DNA of 64,000 bases from NCBI RefSeq assembly GCF_009914755.1, contig NC_060934.1; one strand, written 5' to 3'. Origin of the DNA: the human T2T-CHM13v2.0 reference genome, Homo sapiens. This document shows positions 1 to 13,350 of this stretch, piece by piece (position 1 is the first letter of the stretch; each line of letters starts with the position of its first letter). Under the pieces are notes generated by a model that searched no databases, was not told the origin of the DNA, and saw nothing but the letters and a program-made list of their open reading frames with translations. The translations under genes and the position numbers were made by a program.

Positions 1-1080
1 TGTGAGGCTCCGGCCCTGCGGCTTGGTGGTGCCCTTGCTTCTGGGAGGTCAGCCTGCCTCTGCTGAGGGCTATTAGTATATATTCTGGTCAAGCGTCCTT
101 AAAACGGGGACTTCTTGAGGGCCTGAGCCTGCCCTGTTCTCACATGAGCGAGTCTCTGGGGTCTGCTTGAAGGGGACTGTGTACTTCCATCTCTGGCCAG
201 TGGATCATTTGGGTCCTGCTTCAGGGTCACCCCAAGTATGCAAGGCCAGGCAGGGGCCAAGAAACCCAGGCAACAGACGTTCAATCTTCCAGGACAACCG
301 AAACTATATAGTTTCACCCTGCATGTATACAGCTAACTAACCGGTCCTAACTCAGTCATCTCCGGTCCTATCCATTAAACTTCTTGAGTTTTCCAAGCTG
401 TCTCCCTTCTCGGGTTCATTTTCCCTGATGCTGTCGTAGGGTAGGCACGCCTGTTCTGGTGGTGGAAGAGACAAATTCTGCACAGGTACCTTTAGGTCCT
501 CCCCCTTCCCAGTTAATGTTGGCTCTTTAATCTTACCTGCTGTCCTTGATAAGCCCTCATTATTCTTTCCCCAAATCTCTCTCTCTCTACTACACTGTGG
601 TAGCCTTCCACCATTCAATTTCTTCTCATAATTTCCCAAGGGAAGAAGCAGCCTACTCTGCCTGTTAGAGCACTCTAGTATTGATAACTGGGGTAGAGGT
701 TCGCTGGGCAGCCATGACAGCGCCACGAGGTTAATGCATAGGACTGAGAGTGTGGTTGGTTTGATGTTTCTTTTGCAGTAGAAGTAGACTGACAACCCGG
801 CTGTGCTGGTCAGTGATGCTGCTAACACCGCATTTCAACTGTGTTGCAAATTGCCGAGCATTTTGTGCAAAGGGAAAAAGAATAACCACAGACTCCTCCT
901 CACCTGTGGGAGGCCAGTATCTGTCCTCCACAAAAGGCTGTAAAGCCTCAACCAACATCAGTTGGGTGGGTTGGGGTGGTGGATCATGCCACTTGTTCAG
1001 GGTCTAATCAGCAGATGTGGATATTGTCATTGACCCAGTTTTTAATTTTCCCATTAACGTAACAGACTTCATGGCAACAG

Positions 1081-1124
1081 AACTCTTACATAACTCTAAC
1101 ATAACTCCAACATAACTCTTACAT
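1081..1124 (+). repeat. 11-bp tandem repeat x4 (AACTCYWACAT)
   Basis: aactcttacat/aactctaacat/aactccaacat/aactcttacat. Confidence 0.85.
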
Positions 1125-1695
1125 CCAGAGACTCTACCTAGCCAAAGGTGATATTGGTTGACAACTACAGTAGGCTTTAAGCTTTGCGTGACTCACATCC
1201 TTTCAAACAGAGCTAAACAAATGCCCCCAAAATGGAAATGTAAACAGTCTTACAAAAGTGATCAAATCTGTGGTTATTCAAAACTAGGCAAACATAGACT
1301 AGAATTCAACATTATTCACCATTGAGATCTCATTTTGGAAGTGGAGGCTGCTGAATAGTGCCCTGGGTTCTCAGGCGCTGTGCCTAAGTGGCTCAGTGAG
1401 TGATAAATGGCAGAGATAAGCAGGTACCAGACATGCTGGACTCCAAGGCCTCGGAGCTTAAGGGGCCTCTGCCATTAGCCCCTTTGTCTGCCTGCCCAGG
1501 TGCAGAATGATAGATCTCCATCCATAGACTGGACTCGGCATTTCCCTGTTCATCAGTCTTTGCACTTTCTCATACTTTTGATGTTCTTTGTTTCAAAACC
1601 ATACAATTGGCCCATTCATGAGAGGGTGAGTGTAATCCTCTTTGTCGTATGATTAATGCTAACTGTTTTTTTTTTAATTAAAAACGATTCCACAG

Positions 1696-1839
1696 AGAGA
1701 GGCTGCTCACCCAACAGACGTCTCCATCTCCAAAACAGCCTTGTACTCCCGCATCGGGACCGCTGAGGTGGAGAAACCTGCAGGCCTTCTGTTCCAGCAG
1801 CCCGACCTGGACTCTGCCCTCCAGATCGCCAGAGCAGAG
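1696..1839 (+). CDS. TACC2: TACC2 coding exon (REAAHPTDVS...LQIARAE), 144 nt, phase 0-0
   Basis: cacag|AGAGAG acceptor, GCAGAG|gtatcg donor; translation recognised as TACC2 just upstream of the TACC domain. Confidence 0.96.
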
Positions 1840-2261
1840 GTATCGTGGCATGTGGTGTAATTACCCTCTTCCTGCCACTTATAAATACGTATGCTCGTGG
1901 TCCACAAAGCCAGAGTCTTTGGAGACAGACTTTGTCCTCTGAACGCTGCAGGCAAAGATGTGTGGCACACCATGCGTTTTGATCTTCCTAGACGCTATCG
2001 TGTAATGGGCCTTTTGGCCTTGTTGAATTTACAACAAAAAGCATGCCCCTTTCAGTTGCTCCCCAGTGGGCACTGTGAAAGTCTGATATCTGGCTGCTTT
2101 CTTTTTTATGCTCGGGGAAGTTCTCTGAATGTAATTATGGTTTGTTGTAGGAAGTTTTCATTCCACATTTATTCACCGTCTCCTTTTCTTGATCTATGAA
2201 TTGCTCAGAGCTGAATTCACTCATTTGGGGCTAACCTTTCTCTTCTTCTCTCTGAAACTAG

Positions 2262-2338
2262 ATCATAACCAAGGAGAGAGAGGTCTCAGAATGGAAAGAT
2301 AAATATGAAGAAAGCAGGCGGGAAGTGATGGAAATGAG
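2262..2338 (+). CDS. TACC2: TACC2 coding exon (IITKEREVSEWKDKYEESRREVMEM-R), 77 nt, phase 0-2
   Basis: polypyrimidine tract + aactag| acceptor, AG|gtcagt donor; in frame with neighbours. Confidence 0.97.
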
Positions 2339-2742
2339 GTCAGTTGGGGAGCTGGGCCTTCCTCGTGCCTGAGGGATACTTACCTGTGGTTTAATAATGA
2401 CCGGAGCTGGTGTGGTCCACAGAAGAGTGTCTTCTGTGGAAGTTCTCTCTTCTTTATTACACACAGTTCATATTTTTCTAAAAGTATTTTTACTCTATTA
2501 CTATTACTAAAATAGCATGCACATGAATTAAAGAATGCATTCAAATAAATGTATGTACAATGCAAAACAGATCTCCCCACTCAGCCTCCAGTTCCACAAC
2601 TCGCAGGTGACTATCTTCTGTTTCTGGTGGATCCTTCCAAGAATTTTCCATTTCTCATCACAAATGTAACAATGAGTGTAAACAGCCTCTTTTTTCTCCA
2701 AAATAAATGAGAGCTTGCAGTATACATCATTCTACACTCTTC

Positions 2743-3130
<388 letters not shown>

Positions 3131-3258
3131 TAATGGTCCATTGTATGGATATAACGTAATTAATTTAAACAGTCTCTGTGGACAAACATTTAGGATGTTT
3201 CCTGACTGTAGCTTAAATGATTTATTTTCATTTGTGGTATGTTGTAATAGAAATATAG

Positions 3259-3609
<351 letters not shown>

Positions 3610-4179
3610 CCGATACTAGTTTATTATCAAAATCAATTGCATTCCTGGCTACCATTTTAAGCAGAAAAGCGAACTGTAGGTAATCATATCCCGTTTTCTA
3701 GGTCATCGTAGGATCTTCCTGAAAATTCTCCTGTTCGTTCCTTCTTTCTGCTGATGGTTCCCTGTGACCACCTCTGGACATTGAGCCTAGCGTGCTATTT
3801 CACATTCAAACGAAAGCCCTGCATTTGCATTATTTTTAAACCTCTTTGTTTTTTCTCTTATTTGGGGGTATGGGTGGTTCTAGTTTTTTTACATGCACTG
3901 AAAATGAGGCATGGCACCCAGGAAGGCTGTAAGTTCTGTCTCTAATTTCTTTTGCCTCCTGGGAGCTTTGCCTTCTTGGTGCCTGGGGAGTGCTTATTCG
4001 TGGTTTGAGAAGTCGTACCACTGAGGGGCCCCCAGGAGGTGCCATTTACTAGCTGATGTGGTAGGATTTCAAGATGTCACCAGCTGGTGCAGATGTACCG
4101 GCATTTGGTAGCCCGAATGTCAGCCCGTCAGCCTCTGGAGCTAGACTAGGTGAAAACCAGGCTCTGCTTCCCAGCCACT

Positions 4180-4450
4180 CCGGGGCATCTTACTTAACTC
4201 TGCCTCACTTTGCTTATTAACTTGAAAATGGGGGTAAATAACAGTGCCTCAACAGAGTAGAGCAGAAGGATTATGAACAAAGGCTGCGGAGTGTGATGCT
4301 TGGATTCACATCTGGGCTCTGCCACTTGGCAGCCTTGGGATCCTGGAAGAGTTTCTGAATCACTCTGACTCCACCCCAGTGTCTTCATCAGTAATGCTGG
4401 GAACAGTGAGAGCACTGCCTCTTAGGGTCATTGTGAGGGTAAAGTGAAAA
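4180..4450. mobile_element. MIR fragments (representative; others near 10070-10240, 16470-16700, 18010-18160, 39810-39910, 42590-42790, 56630-56800, 62950-63150)
   Basis: MIR core motifs such as ctcagtttcctcatct / aaggtcacacagc / ctctgccactt. Confidence 0.65.
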
Positions 4451-5585
4451 AACAGCACAGCTAAGGTATTTTCAGGTCCCCGGTCTCTCCACGCTTCCAA
4501 AAGGACACGTCCCTTACCTCCTTGTGTCCTCAGCAGTGATGAGTGGTTAGACAGGGCAGCCTCAAAGATCTATCACAGCTTGGTGATTCTGAGATGCAAG
4601 GAGGTGTTGTTTAATGGCAGAAAACACAGAATTGCTCCTGTGTAGGATTTGGAAAGAACCCTCGGAGGCTCATCTCATGGTTACCTTTCTTGGGAGTCCA
4701 TTCTGGGGTGAGACACTGACCTTGGGACCAAGGTTGAGCAGCCAAGGGCAGGCACCCAGCATTAGACTTTGCAGAATGCATTCTACCTTCATTATCCCTT
4801 TTACCCTTATTGAATTTCCCATACAGCCCTGAAAGGTGGGGTCTAGGAAAATCCTTACTCTACCAAGGAGTAAGCAGAGCGCCCGCAGCTTCCATGAATG
4901 TCGTGCTCAGGGTCACACAGCTGGGAGGGGCAAGCTCAGCGGGATCCCAGGCCTCCTGACCGGGGTGGGGGTCTCTATGGTTTTCTGTCATTAGGGTCCT
5001 GGATCTTCAACAGTTATCCGCTCTTGGTTCTCTTGTGGGGAATAATTATTGGATAATGTAGGTGAACCCCTGATTCTTTTTGAGAAGTTTCTTCCAGCAG
5101 ATTGGCTTTGGAGAAAGGACGTCTTCACACATCAGTCCTTCCATTTGGGGACAGCTGGGAGGCAGTATGACAAACAGGGGATCTTAGTGCTTTTGTGCAG
5201 TTACTGTCTATTGAGGCTTCCCAAGAAGTTTACTCTGGGCCAGTAGGAGATGAGATTTGTGTTCAGTGATGCCAGATGCATGAGATGCTTTGGAAGAAGA
5301 TGCGGATAAAAGGTAATAGGGTTCCAAGGAGAAATCAAGGAAGGCTTCTTGAAAGAGACACCATTTGAATTGGACCTTGAGAAACAGACTGTGAGGGGTA
5401 GAAATAGAGAGAAAGTGAATAACATGGGCAGAGGCATGGGGATGAGAAGGCCGAGAGCAAACAAGAAATCGTTGGTTCTCGCTGAGCCACTGTGTTCATG
5501 ACGTGGTGTGGAAGGAGGTAAGATGGATGAGGGAGGTTGGGCCCAGGTTGCAAAGACCTCAGTTGTCGGGCTGGAGGTTTGGCTT

Positions 5586-6027
5586 TATTTTTAATTTTTA
5601 AATTTTTTTAGAGATGGAATCTCGCTCTGTTGCCCACGCTGGAGTACAGTGGCACAATCATAGCTCACTGTAGCCTCAGACTCCTGGGCTCAAGTGATCC
5701 TCCCACATTAGTCCCTCGAGTAGCTAGGATCACAGACGCAGACCACCACACCTGGTTAATTTTGTATTTTTTGTAGGGATGGTGTTTCACCATGTTGCCC
5801 AGGCTGGTCTCGAACTCTTGGACTCAGGCAAACCTTCTGCCTTAGCCTCTTGAGTAGGTAGGACTACAGGTGCACACCACTATGCCTTATTAATTTTTTT
5901 TTCATTTTTGTATAGGCAGGATCTGGCTGTGTTGCCCAAGGTGGTCTCAAAATCCTAGCCTTAAGTAATCCACCAGCCTCAGCCTTCTCAATACCTGGGA
6001 CTGCAGGCATGCACCACTCTACCTGGT
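5586..6027 (-). mobile_element. Old AluJ-type element with an extra left-type monomer (three arms)
   Basis: right arm followed by two left-arm-like units separated by T-rich linkers. Confidence 0.75.
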
Positions 6028-6258
6028 TTGATTTTTTTTCTTAGTGGGCAGTGAGGGATGTTGAAGGCTTTGCACAAGGGAGTGGCATATTTAGAGTCAC
6101 GCACCAGGAAAATGAGCGTGCAGGGCGAGGGCTGACATTGAAGGTGACCCTGGAAGTTGGGGCCCTGCTGGACATGGGTCAGGCTGTGGCGTCCAGCTGT
6201 GTGAGATGGAAAACCATTCTGTTGTCATGACTCCAACGTGTCTTTACTTCTCTTATAG

Positions 6259-6302
6259 GAAAATAGTGGCCGAGTATGAGAAGACCATCGCTCAGATGAT
6301 AG
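6259..6302 (+). CDS. TACC2: TACC2 coding exon (KIVAEYEKTIAQMI), 44 nt, phase 2-1
   Basis: ttatag|G acceptor, ATAG|gtaggt donor; peptide visible in ORF 6206..6400. Confidence 0.97.
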
Positions 6303-7088
6303 GTAGGTGTCCTGACCTGCGGGGGCTCAGGCCGGCCCCGATGTTTCTGAACTATGAGGAGGCCTTGGAAGATAGGAGGCTCAGAGTGGGTTTCTGGTAG
6401 AGCGTGAAGCCTTTCAGGGAAGGACCAGAGCATTCCAGAAAATATGGCTTTGCCCCAGGACAGAGTCTGGGGCTTCTTGGTAACACCCCCCTGAACTGTG
6501 CCATAGCATTATTCACACCCATGGAAAGCCATGGCAGTCACCTGCCAGCCACCATCTGACTCAGCCAAGGACTCTCTACTTTGTGGGGAAAGAGATTCCT
6601 TTTGGGTGGGATATTTGGGGGATTTTTTCTTTTCGCTTGTGGGAGATAATAGGAATCAAATCCCTAGACCCTAACTTAGTTTAGACTCAAATGACACCTC
6701 AGCCTTTCCACAAGGACCCAGGGACAAGGACAGTGGACCACGGCGTGATTGTCCGCCTCCTTCCTCCCGTGACCATGGCAGGCCCTGTTCACTGACCCCA
6801 GCACTGTTTCTCACTGAGATTGGACGCTGCCTCGGAATCCTTCTTAACACGGCGTCCCTGGCAGCCAGTACTGAGAAATTTGCTTTGGCTCACAATAAAA
6901 GAAGGCCTCAAGTTATAAGCTACACATCCCTGGGCCTTTTTTTCTTTTCTTTTCTTTTTTTTTAAATAATGAGAAAAGATCTTGCAGAAGTTCTAAGCCC
7001 AAGTTTTTATGCTAATGGTCACTATTCAGAAATCATATTATAACTGGGTCTGTGGGATTTTTTTAAAATTAATTAATTATTTGCTTAG

Positions 7089-7566
<478 letters not shown>

Positions 7567-9365
7567 TAAGGATATATGGAGTAAAAACTCCAGGTCACTG
7601 CAGACCACGCTTTATGTGTCCAAGTTTGACACTGTGCTGGCACCTGGTCCCCACCCCCAAGCATATGGATGTATGAGTCACATCACACCTCTAGCTTGTC
7701 CCAAGGTAAATATAATAGTAGCCTCAGGAATAGTGAAGAGGCCAACAATTGAGTGCTTTCCATTCAAAGGAGCTTCAATTTTGATTTATTGTAACAAAGT
7801 TCATTTCACCCAGAAAAGAAGCCCTTTCATGTTTAGCCTCATGGTGCATGCTTCCTATCAAAGTGAAACTTCTTTATTAAATTGGTATAAGAATTTATGA
7901 ACACATATGGATAAGATAAAAAAAAAAACTCTTGGAGTTGAAAATGCTGGCAAAAATGGTCAGGCTAAGGGATTGATGTCTTCCTTATGTGGTGTTTGGC
8001 AAGTAGAACACAACTTTTTGGCCTCCTGGAGTCTTGGGATTTGAGAACATCACTCAGGCCCTCCATAGTTCATCTGGAAACATCCTGCTCCATCTCAGAG
8101 CCATACACTTTCATTTTTGCCCTTGGTGATGACATTTTGGTAAATGTTGAAATGCGGGGGAAAGGGTGTGAGCTTTTGCTCCTGAGAGAAAGCTACCCAA
8201 GCCATCTTTTATTGCTCAGCTGGCGAAGTTGATATAAACAGACATTCCCTCTTGAAAATTAAAAGTGGAGAATTTCTCTAGTTGGCATAAATGTCCTGTC
8301 CTTGTCATGACAGAAAGATTACTCCCACGGTTTCCTCAAAGAATATCTGCAGGTGACAGCAGTGAGGACCTTTTCAATCCTAGGCAGTGTGAGTTCCCTC
8401 CAAGCCCTGGAGAGAATGCCACCTGCCTTCCTCTCATCCTGGTGCCAGGGGTTAGGGCCACACATCACCCCCCATCCCCACCCCTGCTCCCTGATGTGTT
8501 TGGCCTGAGGGGCCCTCTCTTCAAGAGCTGTACACACAATCCCTTAGAACATTTTCCTGTCCTTGGGGTACTCTCTGGGTGGCCCCTGAGACTCCTCCAG
8601 TGTCCCTGGCTGGGAGCAGCACTGCCACACAGAGGGGCATCTCACTGTGTGTCCGTTCCCCGATCCCCATCCTCATTCACCCATTGACCGTCCTCTGTCA
8701 TTCCAAGGCTTTTTTCATCAGGTGACAGGCCTGTGGTTGTCATTCCTTCAGCCACTGTTGCAGGTCATTGACTAAGGTCACCGTAGATTTCAAGGTCCTT
8801 GTGTCCTTGTGGAAGACAGCAGGGGGCTGAGGCATGGCTGGGACTCACTGTGGCTCTTGGCAGGACGTGCCTTCTTTCTGGCACGGTTCAGGTCAGGGTC
8901 TCTCCATGCTTGGTAACATGCCCAGGAGGCCCACCTGGGTTCCATGCTTTTCTTTCCATTTTCACTCACGTAACCAGCATCCCTTGTGAAAGAGGAAACT
9001 CAGGCCCAGAGAGATTGGCAGTTCAGGACCACCGTGACTGTAGTCGTATTTTGAAGTCAAACCAGCTCCAGCCCACATGTCTAGCTCTTCCTGGCTCTGC
9101 TCCATTCAGCTTTCACAGATGCTCCACACCAGTGTGACATCAGTCCTGCCGTTGTTATTCATTTGCATCAAATGTTACTGGAGAGATATGTTTTGTTAAG
9201 CTCACATAGTGACTATTTAGAATTCAGAAGAGAGAGAGACTTCTGTGCTTTCTGCATTCCAGGTTGTTGCAATTGATTTTTTTCTGCTTTTCTAACAACT
9301 GCCCTGATTATCTGTTTTGCTTCCATTTTCTGTTGCTTCTTGCCCTTTGCTTGCAAAACAAACAG

Positions 9366-9374
9366 GCAAGCCTG
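9366..9374 (+). CDS. TACC2: Putative 9-nt alternative TACC2 microexon GCAAGCCTG (inserts G-K-P), phase 1-1
   Basis: aaacag|GCAAGCCTG|gtaagt; no AG from 9263 to 9363; ctaac branch-like motif ~9292; many TGC motifs; length and phase match the host intron. Confidence 0.8.
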
Positions 9375-10238
9375 GTAAGTAAACGCTTTTCCCCCTAATT
9401 TGACACCTGCCCATTGCAACCCTTTGTTTGTTTGTTTTTCTATTTTTGTTATTTTTGCTTTGTGTATTGCTGCATTCCCCCCACATGATTTCATGATGTT
9501 TTGCCTGAAAAAGCCAGAAAAGTCTTCAGGAGCATTGTTTTGTTGTTGAGTGTAGGGTGTCTTTCTCCTGATTTGAAGAACCTAACTGCGTTTGTCATGT
9601 ACAAAAGGATTTGTGAAGCATTCTTGCCTCCCCCGTCTCCTGGGAACGGGGTAATTCTATTTTTAAAAAGGGTTAGGTTGAGAGGAAAGGAAACCTGAGG
9701 CAGGTGAAGTCTTGGATCCAGGAAATCAGATGGACTTGGTTTGGTAAACAGCTCCTTTACCAAGTCAGGTGAAACATACACATGGGCTCAGATCAGCCCA
9801 GAATATACACCATACAGCGTGCTGGGAACTAAGAAAGCAGCCAGAATTCCAAGAATAAAAACAAGCATTTGATTATTAGAGACATGTTGAAAGGCCCTTT
9901 CTTTTAGGAGTGTGGGTGTGGCAAGCAGGTTGTTGGCGATTCTATGTTAAAAAGCTCCCTCTTCGCAAGCCACTGTGACACTGTTGCTCTGATTCCAGGG
10001 GTCACAGAGTTTATTATGGACAATGAGGCTCTTAATAATGGGTTACCAATACGGGACTCTTCCTCCTTCTTGGGGGCTTTATATACATTTTCTCATTTAA
10101 TCTCCTGCAAATGCCAGGAGATACAAATACTCTTTCTTCCTATTTTAGACAAGGAGGCTGAGACTCAGAGAGTTTAAAACCCTGCTCAAGGTCACTCGTA
10201 TGGAAAGTGTCAGAGTGAGAGCTCGAACTCAGGCAGTT

Positions 10239-10316
10239 CAGAGGCTCCTAGCCACTGGCCTGGGCAGCTCTGGGCTCCAGAGGCTCCTAGCCACTGGCTT
10301 GGGCAGCTCTGGGCTG
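10239..10316 (+). repeat. 39-bp tandem duplication (2 copies, 2 mismatches)
   Basis: cagaggctcctagccactggc(c/t)tgggcagctctgggct(c/g) x2. Confidence 0.95.
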
Positions 10317-11849
10317 CTGGTGGTGAGCGCTCTAGGAGTCCCACGATCGCAGAGGCAGGTGGGAAGGATATTCGGCATCTTCAGGGCCAGTGGTTCTCCA
10401 AGCAGGGTCCCTGCCCCAGCAGCATCTGCGTCACTGGGGAACTTGTGACCTGTGCACGTTCTCTGCCCCACCCCAGACCTCCTAATCTCACGCCGTGGGG
10501 TGGGGTGTAGCAGCCTGCGTGTGAACAAGCCCTTCAGCTGAATAAATCCACACTCACGTGGGAGAGTTTTTGGAAATGAGGTGCTGGGACCCTAAGAGGT
10601 CAGAACTTTAGAGCAAGCTTATGTCGGGACCGGAGCTGAAACCGAGGAAATGACCCCACCACACCACACGGTAACAGTGTGCCTAGTCCTGGGGTATGGC
10701 AAGGTGCAGATATGTCCGGAACCTAAGGGAAAGAAACTCATACAACAAAATCTCCCTGCTACTAAGGGAGCTGCATCCTCCAAGGTCTGTCATTACATGG
10801 GGCCCGTGTAGAGACGTGGTTATGATCACGGCTTCAGGCTTGGCTTTGGGCTCTGCCATTTTCTCAGTGAACAGTGACTTAGCTTCTCAAACCCTCTGTT
10901 CCGCCTTCTGTAAAATGAGGGTGAGAAAAGCTGCCCGGGTGGTTGTGATGCTCTAAGTTGTTCACTCGTCGCATGGACATGTATCAAGACATCCTGTATG
11001 CCCGGCACTATCCTAGGCCCTGGGGCAGAGCAAGTGGACAAAACAGACTCTGGTGCCTGCCCTCACAGAGCGTGCATTCATCAGGGAGATGAGCCGCTGA
11101 TACACCAGCATAGGCACGCACGCACACACGTGCACACATGTGTGCACACATCTGATACAATGATAAGGGGTGGCTGCTGCTGCAAAGAGGAAAATGAAGG
11201 ACTCTAGAGGAAGAGGAGCCATTTCCAGTACCTCTGGGGAGGTGACATGGGATCAGAGCCCTGAGAGAATGTTGGAGAGCCCTGGAAGCCCTGGGGCGGG
11301 ACCCCCTGGGGCATTGGAGGCCTTCGTGGCTGGAGCAGAGAGGCCTGGGAGGGTAGAGGGCAGAGCATGTGGGCAAGGATTTGGGTGTTATTTCCATTTC
11401 AGAGGGAGGTCACTGCGGGGGAGCTCTGAGCAGGAGTGAGGTGGCCTGGTTTGCACATTAGGAAGCTCAGTCTGGCTGCTGAGTGCTGGCTTAGGGACAG
11501 TCAACACCTAGAGCAATCAGCAGGGTGCCCGCCACATGGAAGGGTCCAGTCAGCGCTGGCTCCCGTTGTTCTGTTATTTCCAGATGTGATCTGTCTATGG
11601 CAGCCAGCCCTCGGAGTCATTCCAGGTGGCAGGCAGCCCCCTCCCCAGTGACGAGGGCCTGGTAGAAAGACAGGTCTGCTGAGCTCCTTCCCCAGGAGCT
11701 CTGAGTGGGCGCTTCTCCCTTCCCCACTCTGCTGTCACCAAGAGAGCAAATGGTTCCTCACCCACCTGGGCCGGGGATGGATCCGCACAGAGGACAGAGG
11801 GGTGTTTTGTGTAGAGTAGTCAGAGAAGGCCTTTCCCATAAGTGTAGAA

Positions 11850-12205
11850 ATGATTTTCTAAGCAGCCATAAAAAAAGAACAAAGTCATGTCCTAGGTACC
11901 AGCATGGATGCAGCTGGAGGCCATTGTCCTCAGGGAATTAATGCAGAAACAGAGCGCCAAACACTGAGCATTCTCATTTATAAGAGGGAGCTACACATTG
12001 GGTACACACGGACACAAAGATGGGAACAGAAGACGCTGGGGAGTTCACAGTGGGGGTAGAAGGGAGACGGGTTGAAAACCTGCCTTTCAGGTACTATGCT
12101 CAGTACCTGGGTGACAGGCTCATTAGAAATCTGTACCCCAGCATTAGTCACACAGTATGGCCATGTAACCAACCTGCACATGTGCCCCAAATCTAAAAAT
12201 ATACA
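11850..12205 (+). mobile_element. L1 3' fragment (L1PB/old L1PA-like)
   Basis: agccataaaaaaagaac...catggatgcagctggaggccatt...aacctgcacatgtgcccc 3'UTR signature. Confidence 0.8.
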
Positions 12206-12943
12206 TTTTCTAGATATTTGGGGCAGATTATTAGCTTGGGATGGCCAAGGGCCGGAGAGGTGGGGCAGAGGACAATGGTTCCTCTCACCAGGATCAGCCA
12301 CTCGGAACTGAGCCAACACTGAATTAATATTGTACATCACTGAGAAGCTAACCTTGACAGAAATAGCTCCGTGTTTCTTGGAGTTACAACACTTGCTGTA
12401 TCGAAGACGCTATCTGTGCCTGCGTGAATGGAATTTCAGAGGAGATGCTTTTTTGGGCTCTGGGTTTCCAGATGTGTTAAGGATCTCCAAAGACCTCCTC
12501 TCTGTCCTGATACATAGGAGGGCCCATCCCTCACAGCCCAGACCTCACACCCTTTAATCGTCCCAACGCAAAATTCACTAGCGATGTCTTCTTTTTTACT
12601 TTACGGATCTGTCTGCTTGCTGTCAACAACCACATAGAATCACCAGGGACACCAATATAGACCTGTGAAGGGGCCGTACTGATCAGGTTAAGGAATAGTA
12701 ATGGCTCATTTCTACCTCACGCGAGGCTGCACAGGCCCGGGTCTGGGAAGCCAGGGCTCTGGTTTTTGTTCTGTTAGAGACAGTCTGGGAGGGCTCTGGG
12801 GCGTGGGTTCGTCCCAAGGAAAAGCTGGGGTTTGAGATGCCCCCACTGGTGAGGCTGAGTTGCATCTGAGGCCTCGGCTGGCCCCAGAGACCCAGTTTGG
12901 ACTTTCTGGGCTCCATCATTTGGCTCCTGGTCTCTCCTGCCAG

Positions 12944-13104
12944 AGGACGAACAGAGAGAGAAGTCAGTCTCCCACCAGACGGTGCAGCAGCTGGTTCTGG
13001 AGAAGGAGCAAGCCCTGGCCGACCTGAACTCCGTGGAGAAGTCTCTGGCCGACCTCTTCAGAAGATATGAGAAGATGAAGGAGGTCCTAGAAGGCTTCCG
13101 CAAG
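12944..13104 (+). CDS. TACC2: TACC2 coding exon (EDEQREK...EGFRK), 161 nt, phase 1-0
   Basis: ctgccag|AG acceptor, AAG|gtaggg donor; TACC motif DLNSVEKSLADLFRRYEK. Confidence 0.97.
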
Positions 13105-13350
13105 GTAGGGCTGAGTTTGGGGGCCACGGAGGAGGAGGATCTGATTGGGAGAGATTGTGGGAGCACTGGGAGGGGGTAGGATTCCAGAAGTTGGTCTTGA
13201 GCCACCTGCGAGGAGGGGGTCCATGCAGGCTGGGGAGGCAGACTTGGCCGCCTGGGGTTACACCTGCATCCGAGAGTTCCTGGGGTTCCCACCAGTGCTG
13301 GGCATTTGTTCTCGTGGGCTTGACGCCTGTCCTCTGCCCTGCTGTGTCAG

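Noticed and set aside
352-828. 158-aa minus ORF
   Set aside because: Non-ATG start, no recognisable homology, intronic antisense location.
1081-1124. Short periodic repeat considered as an array-like element
   Set aside because: Plain 11-bp tandem repeat with no spacers; eukaryotic intron, so not CRISPR-like.
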